Shown: positions 11,137 through 30,914 of the stretch, piece by piece
Layout: each line of letters starts with the position of its first letter
Numbering within the stretch: the first letter of the stretch is position 1
From: Escherichia coli
GTDB taxonomy: Bacteria; Pseudomonadota; Gammaproteobacteria; Enterobacterales; Enterobacteriaceae
NCBI RefSeq assembly: GCF_044324785.1
Contig: NZ_CP172127.1
Direction: 5' to 3' (one strand)
Length of the DNA stretch: 64,000 nt
Position numbers and translations under genes: made by a program
Notes under the pieces: generated by a model
Told to the model about the DNA's origin: nothing
The model's database searches: none
What the model saw: the letters and a program-made list of their open reading frames with translations, nothing else

Positions 11137-11477
11137 TGGAATGATCTCCTCGAAAATTTATTTACATTACTGGTAAATCGTTAACATGTGTTAATTCGGA
11201 ATATTATATCATAACAGGAAAAATCTCGTCTATTAGAAATAAAAATATTCTAAAGCCATAATATTATATTTAATCTCATAAAAACTAATGTCGTTGGCGG
11301 ATTTTTTTATAATTGTGTTTTGAAAGCATACTTGCTTTTAATATGTGGAAATCATTAAGGCTAGAATAAAACTCGTATCCGCCCCAGGAAGCAAACAGCC
11401 TGCTTTATTGCAGGCTATTTGCTGGATGACTTACTAAATCCTTCACATCTATTCCTGATAAAAAGGAACAGAATTTA

Positions 11478-12932
11478 TTACCGGAACGGCGGCTCATTAA
11501 ATGTTCGTAATTTACGTGAATGCAGTCGGTCGCCTTCTGCGCGCAGCAAATCGATCGCCCGAATGCCAATTTGCAGGTGTTCGGAAATAGCGCCTTCATA
11601 AAAACGGTTAGCCTGACCGGGAAGTTTAATCTCACCATGCAACGGTTTATCTGAAACACACAATAGTGTCCCGTATGGCACGCGGAAACGATATCCTTGC
11701 GCGGCAATGGTTGCACTTTCCATATCAATTGCTACGGCCCGGCTTAAGTTAAAACGAAGTGCAGAAGCTGAGTAACGTAATTCCCAGTTCCTGTCATCTG
11801 TGGTTACCACAGTGCCAGTACGTAGCCGCTGTTTAACTTCCTCACCGGGCCTGCCGCTGACTAACTTGGTAGCGTCATAAAGCGCACGTTGCACTTCAGC
11901 AATGCTCGGAATAGGAATATCGGGCGGCAGTACCGCATCAAGAACGTGGTCATCGCGTAAATAAGCGTGTGCAAGTACATAATCTCCAATGGCCTGGCTT
12001 TCACGTAAGCCACCACAGTGACCAATCATCAACCAGACATCCGGGCGTAGCACCGCCAGATGATCGCAGATGGTTTTTGCATTTGACGGTCCCACGCCAA
12101 TATTCACCAGAGTAATACCCTGACCATCGGCGGTAATTAAATGCCATGCTGGCATCTGGTGTTTTTTCCATGCAAGGTCGGAAATGGCTTCTTCTGGCGC
12201 TTTGGTTTCGGCGGTGATCCAGTTCCCGCCAGCACAAGAAAGGGCAATGTAGGGACTATCAGGGTCGAGGATCTGGCTGCATCCCCAACGAACGAATTCA
12301 TCCACATAACGTGTGTAGTTGGTAAACAAGACGAACGGCTGAAAATGTTCAACTGGCGTACCGGTGTAATGGCGCAACCGCGCGAGGGAAAAATCGACGC
12401 GGCGCGCATCAAAATGCGATAGCGGGGAGAATTCCGTTGGATGATAAATGCCGTCTGCAGTTTCATCGCCAATTTGCGCCAGTTCTGTTGTCGGGAAGTA
12501 GCGAGTTAACCCAGCGCTCATTGAGCGATCAAGGGTCAATTCAGAGCCATCGATGACATAAGGATAAGGGATTTCATGCTGCGAGGGTTGCACCGAGATA
12601 TGCGCACCATAATCCTGATACAACAACGTAAGTTGTTCATTGAGATACGAACGAAAGAGAGTAGGGCGAGTAATCGTGGTGGTGTAGCTGCCTGCGTGGG
12701 TAAAGCGACCAAATGCGCGCGTTTTGGGGGGATTGGTTGTGCTACCGTCCCAGGTTACGGTCAGTGATGGATAGACAAAAAGACCTTGTTTGCGGGCGTT
12801 TTCATCAGGTAATTCGCCACTTGTAATATAGTTGCCAATGGCGTTGCGTAAAGCGACTACAGATTGCTCATACAACGCGTCGAGTTTATCCAGTGCCTGA
12901 GCTGGGGTCAGACCGGAGCCCTTATTATTCAT
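11478..12932 (-). CDS. amn: AMP nucleosidase
   Basis: 484-aa product from internal Met (MNNKGSGLTPAQALDKL...) with AGGAGA RBS; the ORF track extends 52 codons upstream. Confidence 0.93.
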   Translation of the reverse strand: MNNKGSGLTPAQALDKLDALYEQSVVALRNAIGNYITSGELPDENARKQGLFVYPSLTVTWDGSTTNPPKTRAFGRFTHAGSYTTTITRPTLFRSYLNEQLTLLYQDYGAHISVQPSQHEIPYPYVIDGSELTLDRSMSAGLTRYFPTTELAQIGDETADGIYHPTEFSPLSHFDARRVDFSLARLRHYTGTPVEHFQPFVLFTNYTRYVDEFVRWGCSQILDPDSPYIALSCAGGNWITAETKAPEEAISDLAWKKHQMPAWHLITADGQGITLVNIGVGPSNAKTICDHLAVLRPDVWLMIGHCGGLRESQAIGDYVLAHAYLRDDHVLDAVLPPDIPIPSIAEVQRALYDATKLVSGRPGEEVKQRLRTGTVVTTDDRNWELRYSASALRFNLSRAVAIDMESATIAAQGYRFRVPYGTLLCVSDKPLHGEIKLPGQANRFYEGAISEHLQIGIRAIDLLRAEGDRLHSRKLRTFNEPPFR

Positions 12933-13033
12933 GTGTGTCTCCTGTTCCATACAATTACCGCACATCCGATAGTATGTCACAGAAATGTGAAACAAAAGTG
13001 TAAGACGAAGATCGGATGATCTTCGCCAGGCTA

Positions 13034-14350
13034 TCAAGCGCGTTGATTGTCTTTCATCAACAAAGCGGTCATTGCGGAAATCAGGCATCCAGCCAGCAAA
13101 TAAATAGCGACGCTATGCCAGTTCCCGGCAAAGTAAGTGATGAGTGCAGCGGCAATAAAAGGTGTAAATCCACCGCCAACCACACTGGCAACCTGATAAC
13201 CGACTCCAGCACCACTGTAGCGATAACTGGCACCAAACATTTCGGTAAACATCGGTTGTTGCACACACACCACCATGTCATGCGCAATGTTTGCCAGCAT
13301 TATGGAGAAGAAAACTATCCAGAAAATAGATTGTGCTTCAAGCGCCATAAAGAAAGGAAATGCGCTCAACGTTCCGATCAACGCGCCTGTGATATAAACC
13401 CTGCGGCGACCAAAACGATCGGCAAGCCAGGCAAAACAGGGAATTGTCAGGCAGCTTAATCCACCGACCAGCAAACCAATATTAAGGAAAAGTTCGCGCG
13501 GTAACCCCATATTCTGGGTTGAATAATTAAGTGCGAAGGCGGTAACGATGTACATCGTCAGCAACTCGCACAGTCGTAGCGCAATAATCTTCAGGAAAGC
13601 ACCGGGATGTCGTAATAGTGCTTCGATAACCGGGATGCGTTTTTTCGCGGCCGCTTGATTATGTTGCTGTTGTTCAAATTCCGCGGACTCCTCCATGCCA
13701 TTGCGCACCCACAATGCTCCCAGTACCAGTACGATGCTAAACAGGAAAGGAATGCGCCAGCCCCAGCTTAAAAACTGTTCGTCAGTCGTCATCATACTGA
13801 TCAATGAAACCAGTCCAGTTGAAAGCAGTAAACCTACACCGTAGCCAACTTGTACACCGCTACTGTAAAAGGCTTTTTTATTTTTCGGAGCACTTTCAAC
13901 AGAAAGCAACGCTGCGCCTCCCCATTCGCCGCCGACGGCAAATCCCTGTATGGCACGCAGCGTCACCAGTAAAATGGGGGCCCACCACCCAATGGTCGAG
14001 AAGGAAGGAAGAATACCAATCAAGGCTGTCGCGATACCCATCATCCAGACGGTCAGCATTAACATGCGCTTACGTCCCAGTCGGTCGCCAAAGTGACCGA
14101 AAATGACACCGCCGAGTGGTCGGAAAAGGAAGCCGACACCAAAGGTGGCAAATGCGGCGAGCGTTCCCATCGCCGGGCTTACTTGCGGGAAAAACTCGCG
14201 ATTAAACACCAGTGCGGCGGTAATGCCATAGAGTAAAAAATCATACCAGTCGACGACGGCACCAGCGAAACTGCCGAACGCAGCTCGTCGGGCGCGACTT
14301 AACGAAAGCGTCCCTTCATCGGGACGAGTGGAGATGAGCGTGGAGTCCAT
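13034..14350 (-). CDS. shiA: shikimate/dehydroshikimate MFS transporter
   Basis: 438 aa, 12-TM MFS pattern, recognised as ShiA; synteny with amn. Confidence 0.93.
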   Translation of the reverse strand: MDSTLISTRPDEGTLSLSRARRAAFGSFAGAVVDWYDFLLYGITAALVFNREFFPQVSPAMGTLAAFATFGVGFLFRPLGGVIFGHFGDRLGRKRMLMLTVWMMGIATALIGILPSFSTIGWWAPILLVTLRAIQGFAVGGEWGGAALLSVESAPKNKKAFYSSGVQVGYGVGLLLSTGLVSLISMMTTDEQFLSWGWRIPFLFSIVLVLGALWVRNGMEESAEFEQQQHNQAAAKKRIPVIEALLRHPGAFLKIIALRLCELLTMYIVTAFALNYSTQNMGLPRELFLNIGLLVGGLSCLTIPCFAWLADRFGRRRVYITGALIGTLSAFPFFMALEAQSIFWIVFFSIMLANIAHDMVVCVQQPMFTEMFGASYRYSGAGVGYQVASVVGGGFTPFIAAALITYFAGNWHSVAIYLLAGCLISAMTALLMKDNQRA

Positions 14351-14664
14351 AATGATCCTGTTTGTACTGTCTTTTTATAATTAGTATGGAAAAGGTAACT
14401 CACATTGCCGTCGATCTATAAACGAACCTTATGAGACTACCTCGACAGAGCGCATCTGCAAATGATTTTATGGCTGATTAGCGGCAACATGAAAAATTCG
14501 CTGGAAGATGAAAGCGCAGGAGTTGCTGGTGTTGTTTAAGGATTAAGCAGAGGACCCACAGGTTCGAGATATGAAACATAAAAGTCCGCATATGCACAAA
14601 ATTGCACCCTGATGATTCTGATAGACTGCATTGCATTATAACCAGTAGGGAGGCGAGGTTAGTT

Positions 14665-15666
14665 ATGTTTTTAGTATCATTGTTGAGACGTATTGCATTT
14701 AGTTACTACGATTATAAAGCTTATAATTTTAATATTGAAAAAACAGACTTTGTTGTCATACATATCCCCGATCAGATTGGCGATGCTATGGCCATCTTTC
14801 CAGTTATTCGGGCGATTGAAATGCATAAAATAAAGCATCTTTTAATTGTTACTTCGACTATTAATTTAGAAGTCTTTAATTCGCTCAAACTTGAACAGAC
14901 TAAATTAACATTAGTCACAATGACTATGCAGGATCACGCAACATTAAAAGAAATAAAAGATTTAGCGAAGAACATAACACAGCAATACGGTACGCCGGAT
15001 CTTTGTATAGAGGCGATGCGTAAAAAGAACCTGAAAACGATGATATTTATCAGTCAGTTGAAAGCAAAAACGAATTTTCAGGTTGTTGGTTTAACCATGA
15101 AGTGCTATTCCCCTTTGTGTAAGAGCGCGTCCCGGATGGATCAGAATCTCCGGGCTCCTGTACCCATGACATGGGCATTTATGATGCGTGAGGCGGGTTT
15201 TCCAGCAGTCAGGCCAATATATGAATTGCCACTAAGTAAGGATGTACTCGATGAGGTGCGCGAGGAAATGCGATCGTTAGGATCTTACATTGCGCTTAAT
15301 TTAGAAGGTAGCTCGCAGGAACGTACATTTTCATTATTGATTGCAGAAAATCTAATAGCAAAAATTCAAAGTGAAACAGATATACCAATAGTGATCGTTC
15401 ATGGACCAAAAGGGGAAGATAAAGCAAGGGTATTAGTGGATTGTTATAATAATGTCTACCGTTTATCCTTATCACCCTCGATTAAACGTTCAGCAGCAAT
15501 CATAAAAGATGCTTATATCGCAATAACTCCTGACACCTCAATATTACATATGGCAAGTGCCTATAATACCCCGTTGTTGCAATTTATGCTGATTATAAAA
15601 CGCGATGGCCCGCAATGGCCAATGTTTCGGAGTCAGTCGTCGTTGGGCAAAAAATTGACAATATAA
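14665..15666 (+). CDS. yeeL: putative glycosyltransferase (heptosyltransferase-like) YeeL; possibly frameshifted near 3' end
   Basis: GT9-like sequence; start at Met 22 with GGGAGG RBS; the family-typical C-terminus (SLDEFAKALKSVLARI) continues in another frame after 15666. Confidence 0.55.
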   Translation: MFLVSLLRRIAFSYYDYKAYNFNIEKTDFVVIHIPDQIGDAMAIFPVIRAIEMHKIKHLLIVTSTINLEVFNSLKLEQTKLTLVTMTMQDHATLKEIKDLAKNITQQYGTPDLCIEAMRKKNLKTMIFISQLKAKTNFQVVGLTMKCYSPLCKSASRMDQNLRAPVPMTWAFMMREAGFPAVRPIYELPLSKDVLDEVREEMRSLGSYIALNLEGSSQERTFSLLIAENLIAKIQSETDIPIVIVHGPKGEDKARVLVDCYNNVYRLSLSPSIKRSAAIIKDAYIAITPDTSILHMASAYNTPLLQFMLIIKRDGPQWPMFRSQSSLGKKLTI

Positions 15667-16299
15667 GTCTGGATGAATTCGCAAAGGCATTAAAAAGTGT
15701 TTTGGCGAGAATATGAAGCAGTACGTATGCAAAGTAATGCCGATCTGTTATGAACGGTGGTGTCATCAATACTCTGAGGCTGGTCAATCATCACAGAAAG
15801 CCAGCCTTTGGATCAAAGCTGTACTCACCGAAAATGATCATAGTCACACCGAACGCGATTCAGGTGGAACTAAAACAATGTAATGTATTTCACCATCATA
15901 AATAAGACAACCTGAACTTAAATCTCCGTTAACAGGCATACATTATTATGAGTGGTACTGATGTAATTTGTAATATTGAAATATGAACTGATATTGTTTG
16001 TTCGTCCTGACATATCTTCCTCCATGATGTAATTAGCTAAACATTAACGTAATTTGACTGCATAGCAACAATGATAGCCATCAAAAATAGCTCATGTACT
16101 TCGTTTTCCGCTGGCGTGGAACAGGTGGTTATACCATGTGTGAAAGCGTTTATTAAAAAAGAAAGGAGGCTCAACTATCTTCAGACTAACAGGGAGGTAT
16201 GGGAAAATGCAGGTATATTAATGGAGCGTTTGACAGCAAACGAATGTAAAAGGCAGAGCGCCCCGAATGGAGCACTCTGTAAGAAAATATAGCGAAAAA

Positions 16300-24915
<8,616 letters not shown>

Positions 24916-25113
24916 GCTTACCTTCCCTGAACGAGCTAACATAAATGCGCCCTTTCTAGCACAGCGAAAAAAAGTAAATCCTGATAGCAATATGATTGAA
25001 AATTAATAACTTTTCGTTAAGCAGTTTTGAGTGTGAGTTGCAAGAGGGGAGACTACTGAATTACTCAAGTTTTATAATCGAGGGGAAAATGGTGATGGCG
25101 TTCATAGCAAAAC

Positions 25114-25138
25114 GCCCTCAACCATAAAGGTTGAGGGC
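25114..25138 (-). terminator. hairpin terminator downstream of tRNA-Asn
   Basis: 10-bp stem GCCCTCAACC/GGTTGAGGGC, 5-nt loop, T-rich tail on minus strand. Confidence 0.5.
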
Positions 25139-25227
25139 GCTTAAGATGTCAAAAACCCGCTATCCGTTAAAAAGCAATGCTCAACTAAGATCAGTGACAT
25201 TGCGCTAAAAAGCGAATTTTTAGAATT

Positions 25228-25303
25228 TGGCTCCTCTGACTGGACTCGAACCAGTGACATACGGATTAACAGTCCGCCGTTCTACCGACTGAACTACAGA
25301 GGA
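25228..25303 (-). tRNA. asnT: tRNA-Asn (GUU)
   Basis: 76-nt exact tRNA-Asn sequence on reverse strand; symbol by synteny with mtfA/yeeJ. Confidence 0.93.
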
Positions 25304-25403
25304 ATCGTGTGAACGGGGCGCATATTACTTAGCGGTACCTTGTCTGTCAACACTAAATTTCATAAGCCATTTCAATTGGTTAATTAATCTGCAAAGTTGT
25401 TAA

Positions 25404-26201
25404 TTAATGAACATTCGTCGCCGAAAACGAGTCTGTATCATTAGCGTGATGCAGTCTCTGCAAAGGATCTTGTTGATAAAATTGGCAGAAACGTTGCCAC
25501 AATGAAGGGAAACGAGGAGCAAAAAGTTCTGGGGCGCTAAAGAAATATTCAGAAAGTACGGCAAAACACTCAGCAGGATCACTGGCAGCATAAGCATCGA
25601 TGCTCGCCGCATTCTCGCCAACTAATTCGATTTCTTCCTGAATGTTGTTCATTGCAGCATGAAGATCGTGTTCCCAGCCAGCAACCTCACGCAACGGAAT
25701 AAAGGGAACTCCGCTGGCGCGATCGCCGTTACGGGTGTCCAGCTTATGAGCGACTTCATGAATAATCAGGTTAAAACCAGAAGCATCAAAAGAATCTTGT
25801 ATATCCAACCAGTTCAAAACGATAGGCCCTTGCTGCCAGCTCTGACCTGACTGAACAATACGTTGGTTATGCACCAGACCGATATCGTCTTCCCATTCGT
25901 CATCGACCACAAATGGCGCAGGATAAATTAAGACTTCATGAAAACCATCCAGCCATTCCAGTCCTAACTCCAGAACGGGCAGGCAAAATAGAAGTGCTAT
26001 CCGGCAGCTTCTTAATGAATCCAGTTCAAAGCCCTGTAAAGGAACAAGCCGCTTTTGCTGTAAAAAACGTTCGGCAAGAGTGACTAATTTGCTTTGTTCC
26101 TGTTCCGTCAGACACGTTAAAAGGGGGATCGATAGTGCTTCCTGCCAGGGAAGGGCAGTTTGATGTGCTGATTCTTGTACTTTCCAGGGCCACTTAATCA
26201 T
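25404..26201 (-). CDS. mtfA: Mlc titration factor A (MtfA, zinc-dependent aminopeptidase-like)
   Basis: 265 aa from [23 protein letters not shown]; HEXXH (HEVAH) motif. Confidence 0.9.
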   Translation of the reverse strand: MIKWPWKVQESAHQTALPWQEALSIPLLTCLTEQEQSKLVTLAERFLQQKRLVPLQGFELDSLRSCRIALLFCLPVLELGLEWLDGFHEVLIYPAPFVVDDEWEDDIGLVHNQRIVQSGQSWQQGPIVLNWLDIQDSFDASGFNLIIHEVAHKLDTRNGDRASGVPFIPLREVAGWEHDLHAAMNNIQEEIELVGENAASIDAYAASDPAECFAVLSEYFFSAPELFAPRFPSLWQRFCQFYQQDPLQRLHHANDTDSFSATNVH

Positions 26202-26294
26202 CGTTTTGCTCGCAAACTCGTCACTTGAACAAAATTGCACGGACAGGGACTGTTAAAATGCCAAATTTCCTGGCATCATGGCAACCATCTGAAC

Positions 26295-26384
26295 GGAGAG
26301 ATGCCGGAGCGGCTGAACGGACCGGTCTCGAAAACCGGAGTAGGGGCAACTCTACCGGGGGTTCAAATCCCCCTCTCTCCGCCA
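26295..26384 (+). tRNA. serU: tRNA-Ser (CGA)
   Basis: 90-nt sequence with long variable arm, anticodon loop CUCGAAA, ends GCCA; prophage integrase lies immediately 3'. Confidence 0.9.
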
Positions 26385-26469
26385 CTTTATCAATGACTTA
26401 CGTCACTCACTTTTCACCGTCGATCCCCCTGTTAGAACGGACTTAGAATATTCACTTAGAATTAGACCG

Positions 26470-27498
26470 TCACGGGTTTCTGCTCAGAACTGTGACATCC
26501 AGCACCGGAATATCCAGAGTCGGAGTTACTGCGGGTTTGCGATCATACGTCAGCACTTGCGCCTCTGTTTTGTGACCAGAGAACAACTGCTTTTCTTTAC
26601 TGCTTCCGTCGTAGTCTGAGATCCCCTTCGCTTTTAAATCGTGAAACGTTCCCGTAATCGGGTAGCCCAGCTTTTCACTTGCCGCCGCCCTGGCTTTACG
26701 CCAGATATCGTTAAATCCGGTATAGCTGTATTGCCCGCCATATTTGTTACAGACCACGAAATGTTGTCCTCCCAACGATTTCGCCTGCTCAAGTGCGAAC
26801 GTCAGTCGCTCTGAATACTGTTTGATCTGCTTTTTGCCAGTCTTACCCTGTTGGATAAACAACCCCTTACTCATTACCTGATCCCACGTCAGCTTTCGTA
26901 TATCGCCGATCCGCGTGGCGCACAGATAGGCGATCTCCATCGCGCACTGTAAAACGGGAGATGCCTCCTGATAAATTGCGATATATTCCTCGTCCGTGAA
27001 ATAGTAGTCGCGGGGCTTGAGGGAAAATTTACTGACGCCCTGGCATGGATTCCCTTTTACGTATCCGCGTTCGTATCCCCAGCGGAATACTCGCGACATA
27101 CTGGCTTTTTCATGGTTCGCCTGTGTTTTGCTTTTCAGCCCCCGCTTGTCCATATACAGCCGCACGTGAGCAGGTTTTATGTTGTCGGCTTTCATTTTCC
27201 CGAACGCGGCGAGTAATTTCTTCTGGTGCTGCAGATAATCCTTTTGTGTACGCTGACCGAGTTCCAGATAGTAGGTGCTGTTGAGAAATTTGTTCCAGAG
27301 TTTACTGAACGTCATGACATCAATAGCATCATTCAGGATCTCTTCGTATTTCACCCATACCTGAGCAATTGACAGATCATTAATTTTACCCAGCGTAATA
27401 CACTCTCGGGGCGTTGGTTTGAAATAATAGCTGTATTTGTTTTTATAAACGCGGGGTGGCAGCTTATTATCTTCCGCGTTTTTTCGTGTTCTGCTCAT
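26470..27498 (-). CDS. prophage tyrosine integrase
   Basis: 342 aa; adjacent to tRNA-Ser 3' end, transcribed toward it; catalytic-domain pattern (ATRIGDIRKLTW..., HDLKAKG...Y). Confidence 0.9.
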   Translation of the reverse strand: MSRTRKNAEDNKLPPRVYKNKYSYYFKPTPRECITLGKINDLSIAQVWVKYEEILNDAIDVMTFSKLWNKFLNSTYYLELGQRTQKDYLQHQKKLLAAFGKMKADNIKPAHVRLYMDKRGLKSKTQANHEKASMSRVFRWGYERGYVKGNPCQGVSKFSLKPRDYYFTDEEYIAIYQEASPVLQCAMEIAYLCATRIGDIRKLTWDQVMSKGLFIQQGKTGKKQIKQYSERLTFALEQAKSLGGQHFVVCNKYGGQYSYTGFNDIWRKARAAASEKLGYPITGTFHDLKAKGISDYDGSSKEKQLFSGHKTEAQVLTYDRKPAVTPTLDIPVLDVTVLSRNP

Positions 27499-27713
27499 CA
27501 GATTGCATCAAAATTAGGTTGTTCTTCTTCGGCTATCTGCGCGGGTCTGGCTCCGGACAGCGCGGCGTTTACATGCGTCCACGTGACGCGAGGTCGCCCG
27601 TCGCGGCGTTTTACATAAGAGATCCCGGCACGGGTCAGGGCACCGCATTGTTTTGACGGGAACTGGTAACCGGTCAGTTCAACCAGTTCCTGGTCTGTTA
27701 GCAGGTCGTTCAT
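27498..27713 (-). CDS. excisionase-like protein
   Basis: 71-aa ORF, stop overlapping int start; small basic protein in canonical xis position. Confidence 0.6.
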   Translation of the reverse strand: MNDLLTDQELVELTGYQFPSKQCGALTRAGISYVKRRDGRPRVTWTHVNAALSGARPAQIAEEEQPNFDAI

Positions 27714-27922
27714 GGTCTTTCCTCATAATGCGGTAAATCAGGTCATCTGCCGCCTTGCAGGCACGGGCAATATCAGACTCGGTCAAAGTCTGTTTCCTGA
27801 CGCTGGCCGAGAGTCGGCCAATTTTGATATCAAATGCGGAGAGCAGAGTTGCTCCCGGTTGCCATCGCAGCATTGTGATCCTCCGGTTACTGGTGAATCG
27901 CAATGCTAGCGATGGTGAGTTT

Positions 27923-28105
27923 TTATTTCTGATTAGGCGTAATCAGTTCTGGTGGGGGGAATGCCGATTTCTCCCGCGTGACCTTAATGTTTTCTGGCAG
28001 GTGTAGCCCAAGTTCGCAGCGGCTCCGTGCTTCAATAATGCCATTGGTACCATCGGCAAGTACCAGGTGAACCGCGTCACCACGCTTTAATGTGAGTTTA
28101 AGCAT
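27923..28105 (-). CDS. hypothetical phage protein
   Basis: 60-aa ORF translationally coupled to upstream gene. Confidence 0.4.
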   Translation of the reverse strand: MLKLTLKRGDAVHLVLADGTNGIIEARSRCELGLHLPENIKVTREKSAFPPPELITPNQK

Positions 28106-28674
28106 TAGCGTACCCTCAGCGAACGTTCGCCGTGTTCCAGATGTGCGCCTGGTACCGGGTTTAATAATTCGGCTGGTGGTGTTTCTCCACGCGCCAGTAT
28201 TTCGGCGGCAACCGCCTCCGCAGATTCAATCACTTCTTTAATGGCTCGTTTGTTTGGTGTAATAACCGTTTCTACATCAACAAGTGACACGCCTTCATAC
28301 TCATCCGGGATCTTATCTTTGCTATCGATAATTACCCGGATAGCCCCCTGTGCATCAGTAAATGTGTTTTTTGCGGTTTTCAGTTTATCCAGGCCAGCAG
28401 CTTGCAGGCAGGCGAGCATATGCTTCCGAATTGCTTTTTCCTTGCCTTCAAAGGACGTCTTACGGGTAGCCAGGCGAGACATTTCTTCAGCGCAGGTACT
28501 GGCATTGCCCTGTAAATTACGGCAGATGACCATCATGGCGTCCAGTTTGTCTCCCAGTTCTCCTTCCATACCTTCAAGCGTGTCGGCGATCATCTCTGGC
28601 GTCAGTTCGTCGGAGGTTTCCAGCAGGTCAATCAGGCTGGCGTATTCTTTTGCAATAGCGATAGCGGTGCTCAT
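28105..28674 (-). CDS. phage protein of recombination module (possibly Gp157-like)
   Basis: 189-aa acidic protein, overlaps neighbours at both ends; family assignment from memory only. Confidence 0.45.
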   Translation of the reverse strand: MSTAIAIAKEYASLIDLLETSDELTPEMIADTLEGMEGELGDKLDAMMVICRNLQGNASTCAEEMSRLATRKTSFEGKEKAIRKHMLACLQAAGLDKLKTAKNTFTDAQGAIRVIIDSKDKIPDEYEGVSLVDVETVITPNKRAIKEVIESAEAVAAEILARGETPPAELLNPVPGAHLEHGERSLRVR

Positions 28675-30884
28675 GCTGTTTGCTCCTGTGCGGCGGCGAG
28701 AGCGGCGAGGCGTTCGGTTTTGATTTCATTCAAACGGCGCAGGCGCGAACCAAGATAAGTTGAATACTCCTTATCACCTTTGGATTCTGCGGCCTTGCGG
28801 TGAACTTCTACTTCCCGCGCAATAAGGCCATAGACTTTATTAACTTCATTGGGGGTTACGGCTGCAGCCAGTGTTTTGGCAACACCTGAGAGTCGTTCAT
28901 CCAGTTCTTCACGCAGTCGGGTAGCATCCTCTACTTTCTCGCTTGCCTTCTTAATACCGTATTCTGTATTCAGCTCGGCGGTGTAGGCACTATCGTTATG
29001 CATATCCATATAAACATCTGCCGCAAATCCCAGATGAGATAGTGCTTTGACGGTGGCATCAGTAAGAGACTTTTTGGAGGCCTCTTTTTCCATTACCAGT
29101 GCCCCTTTGTTATTTTTTGATATGTAATCCGTGTGGCCATATGACGGAATAAATCCTTTCACTCCGTTCCAGATGTACCAGAGATCTATCCGGATGGTGT
29201 GTACTGACAGGCAGAACAGGGAACCGTCAGCATCCCTGACAGGTTTTTGTCCAATAATTTTCCCTGTCTGATCCTGTATAGGTTCAAGTAATGGCACACC
29301 GCGATCCACTCGCTCCTCCTTGATTTCAACTCCCCAACCAATGCCTTCCATTCCCAGCACTTCAGTCGCACGCATCAAAATATATTGTGCGCGTATGGAG
29401 TGCAGTCCTGCACCGTAATCATTATGTGTGACATACGCAGGATCGGTCCGCTGAACGCGATTCCAGATAGCCAAATTTGCTTTGCTCTGGTCATCATTCA
29501 TTGCTGACAGATAATGCTCCATGCGAATTGATGCAGTTTTTTCCTCGGCATGGATCCGCTCAACCAGCGCGTCAACGTTTTGCACCAGGTCTTTTACCTG
29601 CTCGCTAAGTTTTTCTTGTGGAGGAGTCTCTTCTGTCGGGGTAATAGCTGCAGGTTCCCTCTGTGATACTGCGTTATTTTCAGGTACGTCATACACATGG
29701 CGAGGCGTGACAAACTGCTCACGCAACTGCTGCAAACTACGTTCTCCAGCATTTGCTGCTTCGCTTTTTTCGCCCTGATTTGAGGGTGTTTCTGACATCA
29801 TTCCATCAATTGAGAATCGCCCGCCGCCGTGGTTGGTGACTTTTACATCATCCTTTGGTGCTGTTTCCTTTGGCTTCTCTTCAACAGCATTTGCATCACG
29901 CTGCCCGTTAGCTTGCAGCCAGTTGTCGATGTGACTGCGCAGGGATTGCGGGAAGTGGTACGTGTCTTTTGCGGGGGCGCTCTGAATAACACCGAATACT
30001 GATGCGCGGTCATAGGCAAGGATCTGATCCGTTGTGCGCAAGGCCATTGACCAGCGTTTAAAATCCTCCCGATCCTGGCTGATTATTTCGTCTGCCGCTT
30101 TCAGGACGCTGGGGGTGATTTTTTCCGGGCCAACGGGTAACAGGGCGCAGGCAATTTCACGATCCAGTGTGGCGTGAGTCTGTTTGTAAGGACGTGCGGA
30201 CGGTTTTACCTCCGGCAGCATTTCATCGCGTTTACCGGGATTCTCTACCCATTTTTTTATAAATTTGGAGATAGTCCAACTGGTCGGGTTTTGTTCCTGG
30301 GTATCGCAACTTGCCAAAATTGCATGTATCAGATTATTCAATCCAGCAATATGCATGTACTCGATGGGCTTACACGCCACCATGGCATCAAGAACGATGC
30401 GGTTAAACGCGTCAACCTCATCCTCACTGTCAGTATCACTGTTGTCGAGCATCTCCAGGTATTCACGCGTCTGCGCAAGCAATTCACTGTCGACTTCGTT
30501 GGCGTCGTGGCTGAACAGCAGAACGGCGGCGAATCGTTCACGAGCCGGCAGTTTCATCAGGTCGTTAACCTGTGCGATATCTGCTGAACCGCTATCTACA
30601 ACGGGGGTGTTAACTACCCATTTTTCGCCATCAAAACTGTGTTCTGTGGCGAACGTCTCATCAAACTCACCAACGCCTGGGCGCGGTTGGCCCGGGGCAT
30701 CTTCCCAGATTTTAGGTTTGAAATAGTTGTCGCCGTGGTCAGGGTAGGCTTCCCACAATTTGCCGATGATGATGTTCTCGGCAACTTTTTTGTTAGGGGC
30801 GTCGATGGCGATGGCCAGCGCCGGGATCGCGCCGTTTTTGAGCGCGCCTTTTTTCGCTTCTAACAAGCCGTTAAAAATGGTCAT
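28671..30884 (-). CDS. large phage recombination protein: C-terminal Rad52/Sak-like single-strand annealing domain fused to ~470-aa N-terminal region of unknown function
   Basis: C-terminal KEASKKSLTDATVKALSHLGFAADVY and GWGVEIKEE... resemble Rad52/22-family annealing proteins; GAGGAAAG RBS. Confidence 0.55.
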   Translation of the reverse strand: MTIFNGLLEAKKGALKNGAIPALAIAIDAPNKKVAENIIIGKLWEAYPDHGDNYFKPKIWEDAPGQPRPGVGEFDETFATEHSFDGEKWVVNTPVVDSGSADIAQVNDLMKLPARERFAAVLLFSHDANEVDSELLAQTREYLEMLDNSDTDSEDEVDAFNRIVLDAMVACKPIEYMHIAGLNNLIHAILASCDTQEQNPTSWTISKFIKKWVENPGKRDEMLPEVKPSARPYKQTHATLDREIACALLPVGPEKITPSVLKAADEIISQDREDFKRWSMALRTTDQILAYDRASVFGVIQSAPAKDTYHFPQSLRSHIDNWLQANGQRDANAVEEKPKETAPKDDVKVTNHGGGRFSIDGMMSETPSNQGEKSEAANAGERSLQQLREQFVTPRHVYDVPENNAVSQREPAAITPTEETPPQEKLSEQVKDLVQNVDALVERIHAEEKTASIRMEHYLSAMNDDQSKANLAIWNRVQRTDPAYVTHNDYGAGLHSIRAQYILMRATEVLGMEGIGWGVEIKEERVDRGVPLLEPIQDQTGKIIGQKPVRDADGSLFCLSVHTIRIDLWYIWNGVKGFIPSYGHTDYISKNNKGALVMEKEASKKSLTDATVKALSHLGFAADVYMDMHNDSAYTAELNTEYGIKKASEKVEDATRLREELDERLSGVAKTLAAAVTPNEVNKVYGLIAREVEVHRKAAESKGDKEYSTYLGSRLRRLNEIKTERLAALAAAQEQTA

Positions 30885-30914
30885 TGGTCTTTCCTCATTA
30901 CAGGTCAGTGGTCT

